From assembly GCA_964106645.2 (NCBI GenBank), contig OZ067042.1: a DNA stretch of 64,000 bases; one strand, given 5' to 3'. Below, one piece after another: positions 49,353-62,863 of this stretch (the stretch's first letter is position 1; each line of letters begins with the position of its first letter). A program made the translations under genes and the position numbers. The notes under the pieces are model-generated. The model saw nothing but the letters and a program-made list of their open reading frames with translations. It was not told where the DNA came from and did no database searches. Source of the stretch: Podarcis pityusensis. Taxonomy: Eukaryota.

Positions 49353-50022
49353 GTAAGGCCTCTTATTTTCATGCTGGTTTGTACATTCAGCTCTTAAAAA
49401 GCAATCAGTTTTTTTGGTTAGTTCCAGCAATGTCACCGCATCATTACTGATCAATTTCATAAGAGACAGCTCAAGTTAATATTAATAAATTAACCCAAAT
49501 TAAGGCTCACCCACACATGCTCCAGGCTTTCTAGGCACTGGGCTGAGCTTTCCCCTGTCCCAGGGCTTTCCCTGGGAAAGCCCATGTTTTACTGCTGAAT
49601 CGGAGCAAACAGCAATCTGGAAAGCCCTATTGCTGTTTACTCCCACTCGGCGGTAAAATGCAGGTTTTCCCCAGGGAGAGCATTGGGAACAAAAAACCCA
49701 ACAACACCTGAACCTGTGCCTAGACACCTGGAGCAAAGGTAAGTGTGGATGAGGCCTAAGAAGAGCCCTGCTGGATCAGGCATAAGACCCATTGAGTAGT
49801 CCATCATCCTATTCTTACAGCTGTGAAACAGATGCCTGTGGGAAGCCTGCGGGCAGGACCTGAGAACAGCAGCACTGCTGCTATTGATCCCCCACAACTT
49901 GTATCCATATGCCTGTTTAGGGAAGTTTTTAATATTTAATGCTGTATTTTTTTAACACTTGATTGGGAGCCGCCCAGAGTGGCTGGGGAAACTCAGCCAG
50001 AAGGGTGGGGTATAAATAATAA

Positions 50023-50069
<47 letters not shown>
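50023..50069. repeat. (TAT)n tract, tail of an L2-like element
   Basis: Seen directly; follows GGGAGCCGCCCAGAG...GGGGTATAAATAATAAA. Confidence 0.85.
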
Positions 50070-50072
<3 letters not shown>

Positions 50073-51823
50073 GATGCACACATGCACTCATTCACACTTC
50101 TTTATTCTTGTTAGCCTGTTCTGTGTGAAATCTGCTGTAGCTCTTGCTGTTGTAGCTCATGCTAGTCTTTCTCAATACAAGTCATATAAGTGTGAAATGA
50201 TTGTCCCAAAGAAGATTGCCAGAGCCCTGCCTTGTAATCAATCTAAAATCTATCTTTATATTTAACCTTTTGAGTTGACCTTTTGATCAGTCTATTTTTG
50301 GGTGTGAACTTTATTTTGCATTTTTAAATAAGTTATTTAACATCTAGCTGTTATTGTTCTTGATTGTTACCCTCTTCAGGTTTGCCAAGAAATAAAAGTG
50401 GGATATATTTTTTTCAAAAGCAACATCTGTTCACTGGCAGGTGAACAACATACTTAAATTAACTTGTTTTTATACATACTTCATATGGTGACCTGTCATT
50501 TTGCAGTGTTCAGGAGAGCTGGCTATGTAAGTCGTTTAGGGAGTGCTAGTTTTGCATTCCTGCCAGAGACCAGAAATGAATTTGTTAAAACACTGAAAAC
50601 TGCTGCTTGGCAGTTTAGGTTTTAATTTGCAAATCACCAACTTAGTTTTTATGTAACACAAAACAGAAGTTTTAATCCCCACATTTCTTAGTATATTCTT
50701 CAGTTGGGCATTCCCATACTAATGAGTTGGTGAGGGAGTTGAAATAAAAATAAATTTACAAGCACATAAAACTGTTCCACAGTCTTTGTGGACCACAAGA
50801 TGTCACACTTTCTCTACCACAGTTTATTCCATATGACAAACAGTCCGGTGGCATTATGCTTTTGCATCCATATATTTCAGTGCAAAGAAAACACAATGCA
50901 AATGTGGTGGGGGGTAGGGAGGGGAGAAAAGTCATCAGTTACATACTGTTTGCAGACTATAAGGTACAACAGCAGTGAACACTGATCATATTCACCAGAT
51001 AAGACTTCTGTTCTGTACATGGGACAAATAAGTGAACATTGGCAATTTCCACTCCTATTTTCATAGATATCCTACAACATTCCCAAGAGAAGGTTAAGAA
51101 AGTAGAGAATTTCCATTATCTCACATATTTTGCAGAGGCAGTAGGGAAGTTAGTGTGCTTCCTAGAAAATCAGTATCAGTGACTGAGGAAAGGAAGGGAG
51201 GGTGAAATGGACATAGATTAGAGGTGCCTAGAGCTCATCTCCTGCTGTGCCTTCCCTTGTGTACTCTCTAGTGCTCAGTTGCAAGTCTGACTCTCTCTGC
51301 TCTCCTTTGATGTACTTCACATGCCTGCTGCACACTGCGCACAAGAAAGTCACTTTCTCAGGCCTTGTCAGTGATGGGAGGAAATTCTTCCCAACAAGTT
51401 TCAGAGAGGAAGTCCCCCTGTCACAGAAAGCTGATGGGCATATTCAGATTAGTAGAAAGAAGGCTCCTATCAAAAAAAAATAAAAAAAAAATCCAATGTT
51501 TAAAAAGTGCTGGAAAGAAGGTGGAGAACAATTGCTGACTACATTTAACAAGGATAAAGCAAAGAGTAATGGAATGAAGTGACAGAAAAGGAAATCTACC
51601 TTAAAATGGCCTATCAGACCAATTCAGCAATGCAGTAAACTACTTACAGAGATGGTAGAATCTCCTACTTAGTGCATATAATGCATGTGTGTGTGAACGT
51701 GTGTGTGTTTAAATAGATAGTGTGTTTTGGCATGTGACTAGATAATCTAGGTAGTTTAAACTTCCAGGGCTAGGGCTGTGTACTGGAATGCCGTAAAGCA
51801 TGTTCTCCTTCACAGAGAGCACG

Positions 51824-52610
51824 TGTTGCGGTGGGGGCCGCCAGGACACTCCAAAGTTGGGGGCGGGCTAATTGATTGTTGGCCACTGATGCGATTGGGG
51901 CTTCCCTTGTTGTTGGGAGGAAGTTAATGTTGCCATTTGTTGATTGACAGCCAGAAATGCTAAAACTTCTTGCACGAGGCTAGGGCTTCCTCTTTTCGCC
52001 CGTGCATCGGATTGCCCGTCCCTCCCTCCCTAGAAGAGGGTTGTTCACTTTGACCTTGCTATGCCTGTCATGGGGTCGTCTGCTTTGGGGCAGGGGCCTG
52101 GTAGGAATTTTGTCCATCTGGCTGATTGGTTGGGGCCATTTGGTTTTTGCCTACTGCGTAGCAAATCATCACAACTTGTAAGGTTCGCGGTTAGGCATTA
52201 GTTTATGGTTTGGTTAGTTGAGGGGCATGGATTGGCTGTGCCTGCCCCTCTAATGCTGCTGCTGCAAGGGATTCCGTTAAAGGAATTGGGGGCTAACTAT
52301 TGCTTGTCCACTCTGACAAGGGGGCTCGGGCCATAGCAATGAGCTCCTGGTTGCATTTGGGAAGGGCTGAGGGCAGGTTCCCTGCGCCGACGCTACCCCC
52401 AAGTGTATTCCCCTTTTCTGACTTTCGCATCGTGCGGAATGTCAGTCTGTCCCCCATGGTGGGGGCAGATCGTCGCAACCAATGCCTAAGCAGCCACTCA
52501 CAAATTTGTATTTTAATAAAGTTGTGGCCAAAATTATGCCAAAAATCTTAAACAAAAATTCTGTGTGATGTGTGAGTTATTGGGGTGGCCCTGGGGACCT
52601 CAACACGCAA
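51824..52610 (+). mobile_element. Solo LTR-like element (possibly DIRS/Ngaro terminal repeat)
   Basis: GC-rich block of about 790 bp. Short inverted termini (TGTTG/CAACA or TTGCG/CGCAA), several GATTG(G) boxes, and AATAAAGTTGTGGCC at 52515. No TSD visible. Confidence 0.5.
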
Positions 52611-53098
52611 TAAAATTGCTCAACCAGCCTAATGGGCCAATTATGTTAGGTCTCTGGGCTGAGATAAACAGAATACCCCCAGATTGTCTACTGGAATTTC
52701 TGCTGGACTTTATATGTGTACAAAGCCGGAGGCTTGAATACTTGATATTATTCATTTTGATTTAAAGATGTATCTTCCAACTTTCAGCAGCCTTAACTGC
52801 CAAAGAGCAATTTAGAGAACTTTCTCCCAACTCAAAGAATGAATTCAAAAGTAGTATGGTCAGGGGTCCCTTTACCTTTTTAATGTAGAATAGAAATCAC
52901 AACCACAGGGTCAAAATCATTTAGTACCTTCATTCAATATAGATCATTGGTTACTGGTTCTAGTATCTTTAGGCTGACATACTACTTTTAATTTTGGTCA
53001 CCAAAAGCTTTTACCTTTCATGTTTATAATAGGATCAGAATTAAGAATTCTCTCTGGTTTCTAAGCTTCCTCTACAAGATTTGTGACCCCTAATAGCC

Positions 53099-53154
53099 AC
53101 AACCCCAGAGTCGTCCGCGACTGGACTTAACGGTCAGGGGTCCCTTTACCTTTA
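53099..53154 (+). mobile_element. Sauria SINE 3'-end stub (second stub at about 52858-52879)
   Basis: ACAACCCCAGAGTCGTCCGCGACTGGACTTAACGGTCAGGGGTCCCTTTACCTTT. Confidence 0.75.
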
Positions 53155-53306
53155 ATAGACTATAGACGAGTACCCCGAGATCACCCTAAACTCTGATAGC
53201 GTATTTCCATTTCACCTCCCTGCTTGGAAGCTTTAACGGATGTCTACTGCTTGATTGGATTAACCGCTTAGCTATTAATTTCATCCCAACTCTCCAGTAT
53301 TTTTGA

Positions 53307-53567
<261 letters not shown>

Positions 53568-53881
53568 TAGGACCACCAAGCAGTGAATTAGTTTGTGGCA
53601 ATTAGCTGTGGGGCTTATCCAAGCACATTTGTTCAGACAAAAGCATGGTTAACATTATGATTATGATTATTATTATTGCTGCTGCTGCCTCTGCTGCATA
53701 CAATCTCCCATGTGGCTACCCATATGTTGGTCTCTTGTGTGCAGCCAGTAGTTTCACACCAGGGTAAAAAATGGTAGTGGATTTCCTACCCTCAGCAACC
53801 CACTTTAATCTGAGCACGGACCTTATCCAAGGAATATGTTTCTAATGATTTTGCTCTGGAACATAATGGAAGACAGTGTAA

Positions 53882-54073
53882 CATAGGAGCCAACTCCTAG
53901 GGGCTGTGGGGGCTTCACTCCCCCCAGAAAATATTTGAGGGGGCCAAGGCCCCACCCCCAAGTTGATAGGCATTGCCATTCAAATGGTGTGCATGCACCG
54001 TGTCATGTGATCGATTATGTGGGGTGAGGCTTACCTGGGCCCGCCCAATATTTTATTCAAGTTGGCACCCCTG
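53882..54073. mobile_element. hAT-like MITE
   Basis: Termini CATAGGAGCCAACT / AGTTGGCACCCCTG; 8-bp flanks CAGTGTAA / AAGTGTAA. Confidence 0.7.
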
Positions 54074-54972
54074 AAGTGTAATAAAACTCAAGCATCTTAA
54101 TCACATCAAGTTTCATTAAAAGCCATTGATAAAAATAGGCGCACACCCCCACACACCCCCAACAATAATAGGTTTCATAGTAGAGTATTCATGAGCTGGG
54201 CTACCTGCTTAGAGGGACAGTCGGTTAAATGCAGTGCCAGCAAAAAATACAAGCTGTGTGGGAAGTTTAATTTGGACTAGAGCACGAGTCTTGCAGAGTG
54301 CCCAGGGACAGCATGGGCTGATCTGTTGTTGGGAAGAAAAATGTACACAATGAAGAAGGGCTGAGCAGACAAGCAAAATGAAATGTGAGCAACTGAACCA
54401 AGGGGCCAAGGTGGCAGAGAAGACAAAGGGGAAATTATCTAGTATGTGGAAAGCTGGAGAAAGCAATGGAAGAAGCAGAAGTGTAGTGGAGAACAGAAAG
54501 GTAAGTGGAAGTGATGGAAAACTGAAAACAGGGTCAGGGAATTTAGGGAAGGTGGGACTAATAAAAAAATAGCACTGGGTGAAAATTCTTCATACTGATC
54601 TTGGGGGAAAAGAAGACTGGTTATGTGTTGAAAAGGAAAATGGGGAAGCAATGGTATTGGTATTCATCTCCTGTTGAGACTCCTGTTGGTTTTAAGGCAA
54701 TTCCAGACCTCTCATTTATATTGTATGTATTAGGATTAAAGATACACTGCATCACTAGTAATCATTTAATGTGGTTCAGGTTAGGTGATCATAGGTGATC
54801 ATGGGTTAGTTGGCTATATTGGCTCAAAAACAATTGGTTTAACACTGTGAATTCATACTCTGGTAAATGTTAATCTGTAATCTCTCCCTGTTTGGCATAC
54901 ATTGCAATATTAGGAAGTAGCTAGATTGTGCAATTCTTAACCAATCACCTACTCCTAGATAACCATTTTGCC

Positions 54973-54977
<5 letters not shown>

Positions 54978-55007
<30 letters not shown>
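54978..55007. repeat. (CA)n microsatellite
   Basis: Seen directly. Confidence 0.95.
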
Positions 55008-55011
<4 letters not shown>

Positions 55012-55463
55012 TTTCTGTGTATTTGATATCCCAGGAATTAGTCCCACCTCCCTAGCCACTATACCACACTACCTCAAAGTTTATTTGCCACTGCCTTGAA
55101 ATCACTTTACCCAGAGATCTTCCATATTGTATTGGTGCTGGCAGTTGCAGGCTCTACACGCTTCTCTGTGTCTGGCTGTCAAAACCATTTGTGGAGAACC
55201 ACTCATTGTAAAACCTTGAATTTCTCATGGCCTGCATCAGGATTCTGTGGACACCCAACTTCACAAAGCTGTGCGGTACTGCAATTCACCACTAAGATTA
55301 AATAATTTTAAACCTGCAAAGGTATATGGGGAAAAGATAAGTTTATGAATTGTATATACAAAGTTGCTAATCACTATTCTATTAACACAATGGTGCAGGC
55401 TTGTAAACTATAAATAGTAACGTGGTAAGTGCTTTTCTCTCCATTTTTTTTTCTTTCCAAAAG

Positions 55464-55532
55464 GTGAAACTGACTGTATGTCGGCTTCCAGATTCAAAAA
55501 TTTTACATGCTCAAGGATGCAAATGTTCCTAA
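55464..55532 (+). CDS. PLEKHS1: PLEKHS1 last coding exon
   Basis: VKLTVCRLPDSKILHAQGCKCS*. The summed 14-exon model is 1359 nt and in frame. Confidence 0.88.
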   Translation: MKLTVCRLPDSKILHAQGCKCS

Positions 55533-57580
55533 TGGAGAAAATGTAAGTGTGTGACGAACCTGCCTACTCTTCTATGCAAAAGTCATCAACAACTCATTTA
55601 CGTTGTAGTAAGCAGGCTTAGTTTACCATGATAAATGGAGTTTTAATCCAAGTGTTCTGATTTCACTGGCTTGTTATCCCATTTCCTTCTAGAACTAGAT
55701 GTTACTTATTCCAGAACTAGCATGATTTATACTTTTCTATCATGCCTATTATCAGCACTAGAGCGAAAACACAGGATCCCCCATCCCCTCAATTGGAAAT
55801 ATATGCTATGAAGCAAATCTAGAGTTCCCAGCCTACATTTGCCTCATAATGATAGTGCAGAGATTTTTGCAATGGGATATCAATGGTTTGCATTCATACT
55901 TTAACAACTGAACCACCAGCAGCTGGTGGCAATTAAAAAAAGTATTGCTATATGATCTATTGGAAATGTTATTACATTCAAAATGAAACATATGAATGGT
56001 GGGTAAATAAATATAGTCTATGATGCCAAAAATCCAGTCTATGATGCCAATATAGTCTATGATGCCAAAATCCAGCTCAAACTGGGCACAGTAGCATAGG
56101 TTGGGCATACAACATGTACAAGGGCCTACAGCCTATAAAACAGGATATCAGATAACTTTATGCACGGACAGCCAGGTCAAGCAGCCATTCTCAGAACAGT
56201 GGTTCTGGAATCAGCTGATTCCAAAATCCAATCCAGACATTTTGTAAATCAAGATCAAGAACTTCAATTCCTCTGAGTTTCTTTGTGAAAAGGCAGGATC
56301 CACATGTAATAAAAATATTTTTATTTGTTACTTGTTGCAGAATCTTCATTGGCCAAGATCTTAGGTCAAATACAAATGAAGACTTGAAAACAGTGCCCCC
56401 CCCCCAAAAAAAAAACCCACCGTGAAGACACCAGAACTTTGTCTCATAAAAAAAGTAGCATGGCGGTGGTCTCTCCTCATGTAGCACTCAGTGAACCGCA
56501 CCAGACTGGGACAGGACTATTCCTGTGCAACTTTTGAAATGCAGTGGTATTCAGAAGAAATGGTATTTCACTGCTGTGAATATCCATACATGTATTTAAA
56601 ACCCTTTCAGAGTTTCTGCGCTGCTCCAAAAACAAAGATGTTGCCATCCCACTGTGGTATCAGACATTTGTCTTTCTTTCTTCATTGCTTTTCTATTATA
56701 TCATATCTTCACCACATACTGCGTTACAGTCCAACATAAGATAATAAGAAAGGAATAGCATAAATATAAGACATATGTAAGTGAATAATAATAATAACAA
56801 CATAACTTATTTAACTCTTATGTATCTTAACTGTTACTCCCCTTCCACTCTTTCCATGGTTTCCTATTTGCTATCATTTTAACTGTGTTTTCTTATTCTA
56901 CTAGGTTATTTTCATTACCTTACATTCTCTCATGTTGTAACATCTACTGCTGAGTGTTTTTTATCAGTCTGTTACGATTATTTTCATGTTGTAATATTTT
57001 TTCCATATAACCTATATATAATGTCCAGTCTTCTTTTAGACTTATCTTTATTTCTTAATCTATTTGTCATACAGTCTTACGGTAAATGTTTTGTTGTTTA
57101 TTTTTTTTTTGCCAATTTATGGACCAAATGATTTTCTGATTTATTGAGTTAGTTATGCTCATAGTTAAGAAATCCATGATTGCACATCAACTTCACCTTT
57201 TCCTTCAGCAGAGGTTTATATTCTTGTAGAGATTATTAATATCCAAAAACATATTGTGCTAATTCATGTGCAATGCTAAACCATGGTTTTAACACTACAT
57301 GCACAAGCTAAAGTAAGCCCAAACAAAATCTCTGGTTGTGCGATACCCCCATTCTGGCCAGGAAAAGGACCTTGCTTCCATTTAATTTCACTTTCCACAC
57401 ATCATATGAACCAGTTAACATGGTTTCAAACAAACTCTAGTCAGTTTCAAAGCAAGCCAACGTCAAACCACACATTATAAGTTGGCTTGTTTAACTAACT
57501 AAAGTTTCTTTTAAACCACAGTATCTGGTTCATACATATCATCAAGTGTTGTCTATGAAACATAACATCTTATATGGCTT

Positions 57581-57952
57581 TAAAAGGTAAAGGTAGAGGA
57601 CCCCTGACAGTTATGTCCAGTCGCAAACAATTCTGGGGTTGCGGCACTCATCTCACTTTACTGGCTGAGGGAGCCGACGTTTGTCCACAGACAGTTTTTC
57701 CAGGTCATGTGGCCAGCATGACTAAGCTGCTTCTGGCGACACCAGAGCAGCACACAGAAATGCCATTTACCTTCCCGCCGGAGCGGTACCTATTTATCTA
57801 CCTGCACTTTGATGTGCTTTTGAACTGCTAGGTGGGCAGGAGCAGGGACTGAGCAACAGGAGCTCACCCCGTTGCGGGGATTCGAACTGCCGACCTTTTG
57901 ATCGGCAAGCCCTAGGCTCAGTGGTTTAGACCACAGCGCCACCCACGTCCCC
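57581..57952 (-). mobile_element. Sauria SINE, full length
   Basis: Exact TSD CTTATATGGCTT (57569-57580 and 57953-57964). Confidence 0.92.
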
Positions 57953-58680
57953 CTTATATGGCTTAGGCCTGGGCTATTTAAAGAATGTATTATCCCATAC
58001 AAACCTGCCTGGGCTCAGAGATCTTTGGGGAAGACCCTTCTCTCCGTTCTGCCACCCTTGCAGGCACGTTGATGGAGATGTGAGAGAAGTCCATCCCAGT
58101 GGCTTCTCCCAGTCTTTGGAATTCCCTTCCTACAGAGGCTAGAATGCGTCCTTCCTTGCTTTTTCTTCCACCAGCAGGTGAAGACTGTTGATTTAGACTG
58201 TTGATTTAGACTGTTGAATAGACTTTCAGGAACTGACTGTTTTTAAGACAAGGGCTTTAAATAGTTCTGTGTTTTGCGGTTTTTACTATATGTATATTAA
58301 TATATATTTTTTATATTGTTTTCATTCTATTATAGTTCTTTTAAGTGATCACCTTTTGTATGTTTTTAGGTTTTTGTATTTTATCCATGTTATTTCAGTT
58401 TTTGTAAATAGCCTTGAGTCCCATTCTGGAGAAGAGGTGGGATATTGAGGATCAAAGAAGATTTGTGGAAATTAAGTACAGTTCTTCCATCCACTTGGCA
58501 GCATGAGAGGGGAGGGGCTTTGCTCAAGCTCATTATAGCTTGGGCATTATTTAGTGTTATGTGTGAACCAGCCCTTTGAGTAACCATTAAATCAAGGTTA
58601 ACCTATTTAAATAAGCATTCAGCTTTACATAGAAGCACAGGTTCTGTTCCCTTGGACAACCAGGATTTCTAAATATTATA

Positions 58681-58911
58681 CAGTGGTTCCTCGGGTTACA
58701 GACACTTCAGGTTACAGACGCTTCAGGTTACAGACTCCGCTAACCCAGAAATAGTACCTCGGGTTAAGAACTTTGCTTCAGGATGAGAACAGAAATTGTG
58801 TGGTGACAGCGGGAGGCCCCATTAGCTAAAGTGGTACCTCAGGTTAAGAACAGTTTCAGGTTAAGAACGGTCCTCCAGAACGAATTAAGTTCTTAACCTG
58901 AGGCACCACTG
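58681..58911 (+). mobile_element. Tigger-like MITE (same family as 40467)
   Basis: TA-CAGTGGTTCCTCGGGTTA...GAGGCACCACTG-TA. Confidence 0.9.
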
Positions 58912-59249
58912 TATTGTATCTTGCTTCTGATGTATAAGATGTAGACAGGAGAACCATATGTTCTATTCTACAGAAATATGCCAAATTATATATTTCTGGT
59001 TTGGATAAAATGATGACAGTAACAGATGATGTTATGCTGAATCAGTTACCGGTAGCTTCTGGTGCAGGGAAAACAATAAGAATGTATGTGCATGCAGTTT
59101 CTACAGAGAAATGTCACCAGAAGGTGACATTACCCTTCAGTTCTTTTGTGGCTAGTCACTTAGCTACTCATGGTCGGCTCAAGACATTCTGCTTCATGAG
59201 GCAAAGGACAAGATGGCTCCTCCCCCAGCACTGAATGCACAAAAATATT

Positions 59250-59430
59250 GGGGAGGGGTCGTAGGTCAATGGCAGAGTATCTGCTTTGCAGGCAGAAGGT
59301 CCCAAGTTCAATCACTGGCATCTCAAAGTAGGGCTGAGAAAGATTCCTGCCTAAAAGCATGAGGAGCTGCTGCCAGCCAGTGTAGACAATACTCAATGGA
59401 CTGACTCAGTTTAAGGCAGCTTTCTATACT
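59250..59430 (+). mobile_element. Old tRNA-derived SINE (further copies at about 60488-60667 + and 45495-45610 -)
   Basis: Degenerate A/B boxes (TCAATGGCAGAG...GGTCCCAAGTTCAATC); body CTGCCAGCCAGTGTAGACAATACT; end AAGGCAGCTTTCTAT. Confidence 0.7.
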
Positions 59431-59723
59431 CCTTTGTAACCAACTACTGTAGATTGGTAGCTAAATTTCCCTTCAGTACTGGCAATGGGACAGTGCCCTC
59501 CACTGCACCTGTACTGGGTGACTTTTAAGCCTACAGCAAGAGATGTCACAAAGGAGGACAGGTCATTGCTACTGTGCCAACCCACCCACCCACTTTGATC
59601 CTAGGCCAATCCGTCTCCTGAGTTGTGATGTTTCTTCAGAACATTGTGGTGACTACTGTTCTGGCTGCAGAGTTGTTGAATCACTCTTTGCGCTCGTATC
59701 TCCATTTCTCTCACAGATCAGAT

Positions 59724-59959
59724 TACCTCAGGTTAAGTACTTAATTCGTTCCGGAGGTCCGTACTTAACCTGAAACTGTTCTTAACCTGAAGCACCACTT
59801 TAGCTAATGGGGCTTCCTGCTGCTGCCGCGCCGCCAGAGTACGATTTCTGTTCTTATCCTGAAGCAAAGTTCTTAACCTGAAGCACTATTTCTGGGTTAG
59901 CGGAGTCTGTAACCTGAAGCATCTGTAACCTGAAGCGTATGTAACCCGAGGTACCACTG
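59724..59959 (-). mobile_element. Tigger-like MITE, inverted copy, left TIR damaged
   Basis: Reverse complement of the 40467 and 58681 elements; ends GGTACCACTG-TA. Confidence 0.88.
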
Positions 59960-61461
59960 TATTCATTATCCCCCCCAAAAAATAAAGTTGAGGGATATTC
60001 ATAGCACAGCATATAGTCAAACGATAGTCAACGTCATAGCTTTTAAGCACTTGTCAAATTTGGCTCTTTTATTGATATTACTGTTAGTTTTCTTGGGGAA
60101 CAATAAGGAGCTTTATTTCCTCTAGTATATGGGGCAACTATTGTTTTCATACCTTTCAAGGTGATAACGCTGTAACATGTAACAGGTTTCCACCCATAGC
60201 AGTGCATTTTAAATGAGATCATCTCCCACAACCTTTTCAGATTTTTGTCTTATTAAAGACTTGGCTTTAATCAGATGAGTCTCACAGGCAACTTGGAACG
60301 TACGGAGCAGTTCCTAGAAATGCTTCTGGCATTTCAGGTGTTCCTTGAATATCAAATTTATTGATTTTTCTTTTCTTTTAAGGGCTGCTGCCAAGAGTTC
60401 ATATTCTCCAGATTCTCTGAACTATAGCAAAATAGATCCCATCTGTGCCCTATGAAGATATCCATCAGAACAGATTGATCTGTTGGGAAAAGGCAATAGA
60501 TCAATGCTTAAGCATCTGTATGGCAAGCAGATGGTCCCAGGTTCAATCCTTGGTATCTCTAGGTGGGACTGGAATTCTGCAGTAATGTTTCCAGTCAGTG
60601 TAGACACTGTTGAGTTAGATTGACCCAATAGTTTGACTCAATATAAGCCAGCTTCCTATATTCCTATTTTTCAGAGTTAGGGTTGCCATATTTTAAAAAG
60701 TAAAAACCAAGACACCCCAAAATTGTTGAGCTTTTATTTCCGGACATATGACAGCCCTACTCATAGCTGCCTTTTCCTTATAGCACACACATTGCTTGAC
60801 TTGGTAATTGACTATTTCCTAAGCGGAACTTCTTTAGGGTTGCCAGAATGCTGCCTTGATACAATGGGGCACAAGACCTCAATGCAGCTTCTGACCATTT
60901 TCTTACTTTACTGCTGGGATGAGCAGGCTTTCCAAACAACCTCTCTCTTCGCCACTTTCGGCATTGACTTTCTTAGGAGAGCACATATACTTAGGGAAGC
61001 TGTTTCTTCCTTCAATCTGTATTCCAAATGCCACCATCTTTATTCCGCTACAACCAACCTTCCACTTTTCATTACCTCTGTGGACATTTTGGTCCCAACA
61101 CCTCTGAATTCTCCATCCAGGTAAGCAAGATACACTATCACAGTTCAAGGGCACTTTCCAGACAGACAAAACACTCAAGGTCGGCACAGGGTATGGTAAG
61201 GGATGTGGCCTGGGAAAAGGGGTGTAACCTGAGAAGACACAGCTTAGAGATAGTCCCAAAGGCAGAAAAAGACACCCAAGAAGCCACATTTAGCCAGTAG
61301 GACTGAAGTTTTTAGCTCCTGCTTCTGCTGTGGCCAACCAATCCAAAAGCAGGACATGTGACCAACTGTGACCCTCTTCTGCTGTTATTTCCCAGCATAC
61401 TGCATCTGATCCTAGAGGTAGCATATAGCCATCATAACTAGTACACCTTGATAGCTTTGTT

Positions 61462-61661
61462 NNNNNNNNNNNNNNNNNNNNNNNNNNNNNNNNNNNNNNN
61501 NNNNNNNNNNNNNNNNNNNNNNNNNNNNNNNNNNNNNNNNNNNNNNNNNNNNNNNNNNNNNNNNNNNNNNNNNNNNNNNNNNNNNNNNNNNNNNNNNNNN
61601 NNNNNNNNNNNNNNNNNNNNNNNNNNNNNNNNNNNNNNNNNNNNNNNNNNNNNNNNNNNNN
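61462..61661. other. Assembly gap (200 N)
   Basis: Run of N. Confidence 0.99.
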
Positions 61662-62490
61662 ATAGTAGGGAGATATTTCCCCACATTTAATTCTGTTTTA
61701 CATAAGGGTTTATTTTAGGTTTTTGTTTGTGCCAGTTTCTATCAGCTCTATGATACCACAGCTCATGCAGATCTGACAGAGTGGAAAAGTTCGGCTGGTG
61801 CCAAGGTACTCATCAGAGAGACTCGATAAGAAGATGGCATTGTATAATGATGGTTAAAGGACCAAAGACATGAGAAGCAGAAAAGGCATTTCAGGTTACT
61901 TCAGCTGTCCCATTGCCATTAGAGGAGCATGCAGTGGTTTTTTTTCAGTGCAACTCACTGAAATGTTTCAGACATTAAAGCATCTTCCAGATCTATTCCA
62001 AAAGCTATTCTGCTCTCAAAATCACCCCTGCCATTTTTACAACAAAGTCAACTTTTCTGTGGCTAGAACCTAGATTGGTTAACTGTACTTTCTTCCAAAA
62101 TGCTAAAATGGTAAGAAATGTATAACTTCTGTTTAAAAATTTGATCTGCTGGAGGAAGTTATGAGGAAGCTATATTAACCATGTTACACACTCTGATTGC
62201 TTTGTCAAAGCAATTATTAGTTTATGACTTTAGTAAACCAGTGCAATTGCTGTTATATTCAACTATGTTACATTGCTATAAGTCGCTTCATTTTCCGTTA
62301 GATTTTAAAACGTCATTATCTTCTATATGTCTTAATTGAAGCATAGTACACCAATAAACAGATTTTTTAAACAATCACTGCTTGTGCTTCACTCTCTGCC
62401 TCACTGGGTTTCTACTGAACAAATTTGAATCCTGACTCTAGGACCAAATTTGTGTTGGTTTTCTGGCCAGGAATGGGCAAGGTATGATTA

Positions 62491-62863
62491 AAGGTAAAGG
62501 TAAAGGTACCCCTGCCCGTACGGGCCAGTCGTGTCCGACTCTAGGGTTGTGCGCCCATCTCACTTAAGAGGCCGGGGGCCAGCGCTGTCTGGAGACACTT
62601 TCCGGGTCACGTGGCCAGCGTGACGAAGCTGCTCTGGCGAGCCAGCACCAGCGCAGCACACGGAAACGCCGTTTACCTTCCCGCTATAAAGCGGTACCTA
62701 TTTATCTACTTGCACTTAGGGGTGCTTTCGAACTGCTAGGTGGGCAGGAGCTGGGACTGAAAGACGGGAGCTCACCCCGCCGCGGGGATTCGAACCGCCG
62801 ACCATGCGATCGGCAAGCCCTAGGCACTGAGGTTTTACCCACAGCGCCACCCGCGTGCGTCCC
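62491..62863 (-). mobile_element. Sauria SINE, full length, young
   Basis: TSD CAAGGTA(T/C)GATTA; shares the CCCGTACGGGC variant with the copies at 456 and 43426. Confidence 0.93.

Noticed and set aside
50380-50526. Two AG...GT bounded segments within a PLEKHS1 intron
   Set aside because: The flanking exons already join as GRIC|VSQW, matching the known protein; no homology supports extra exons.
61412-61690. ORFs full of X
   Set aside because: Artefacts of the 200-N gap.
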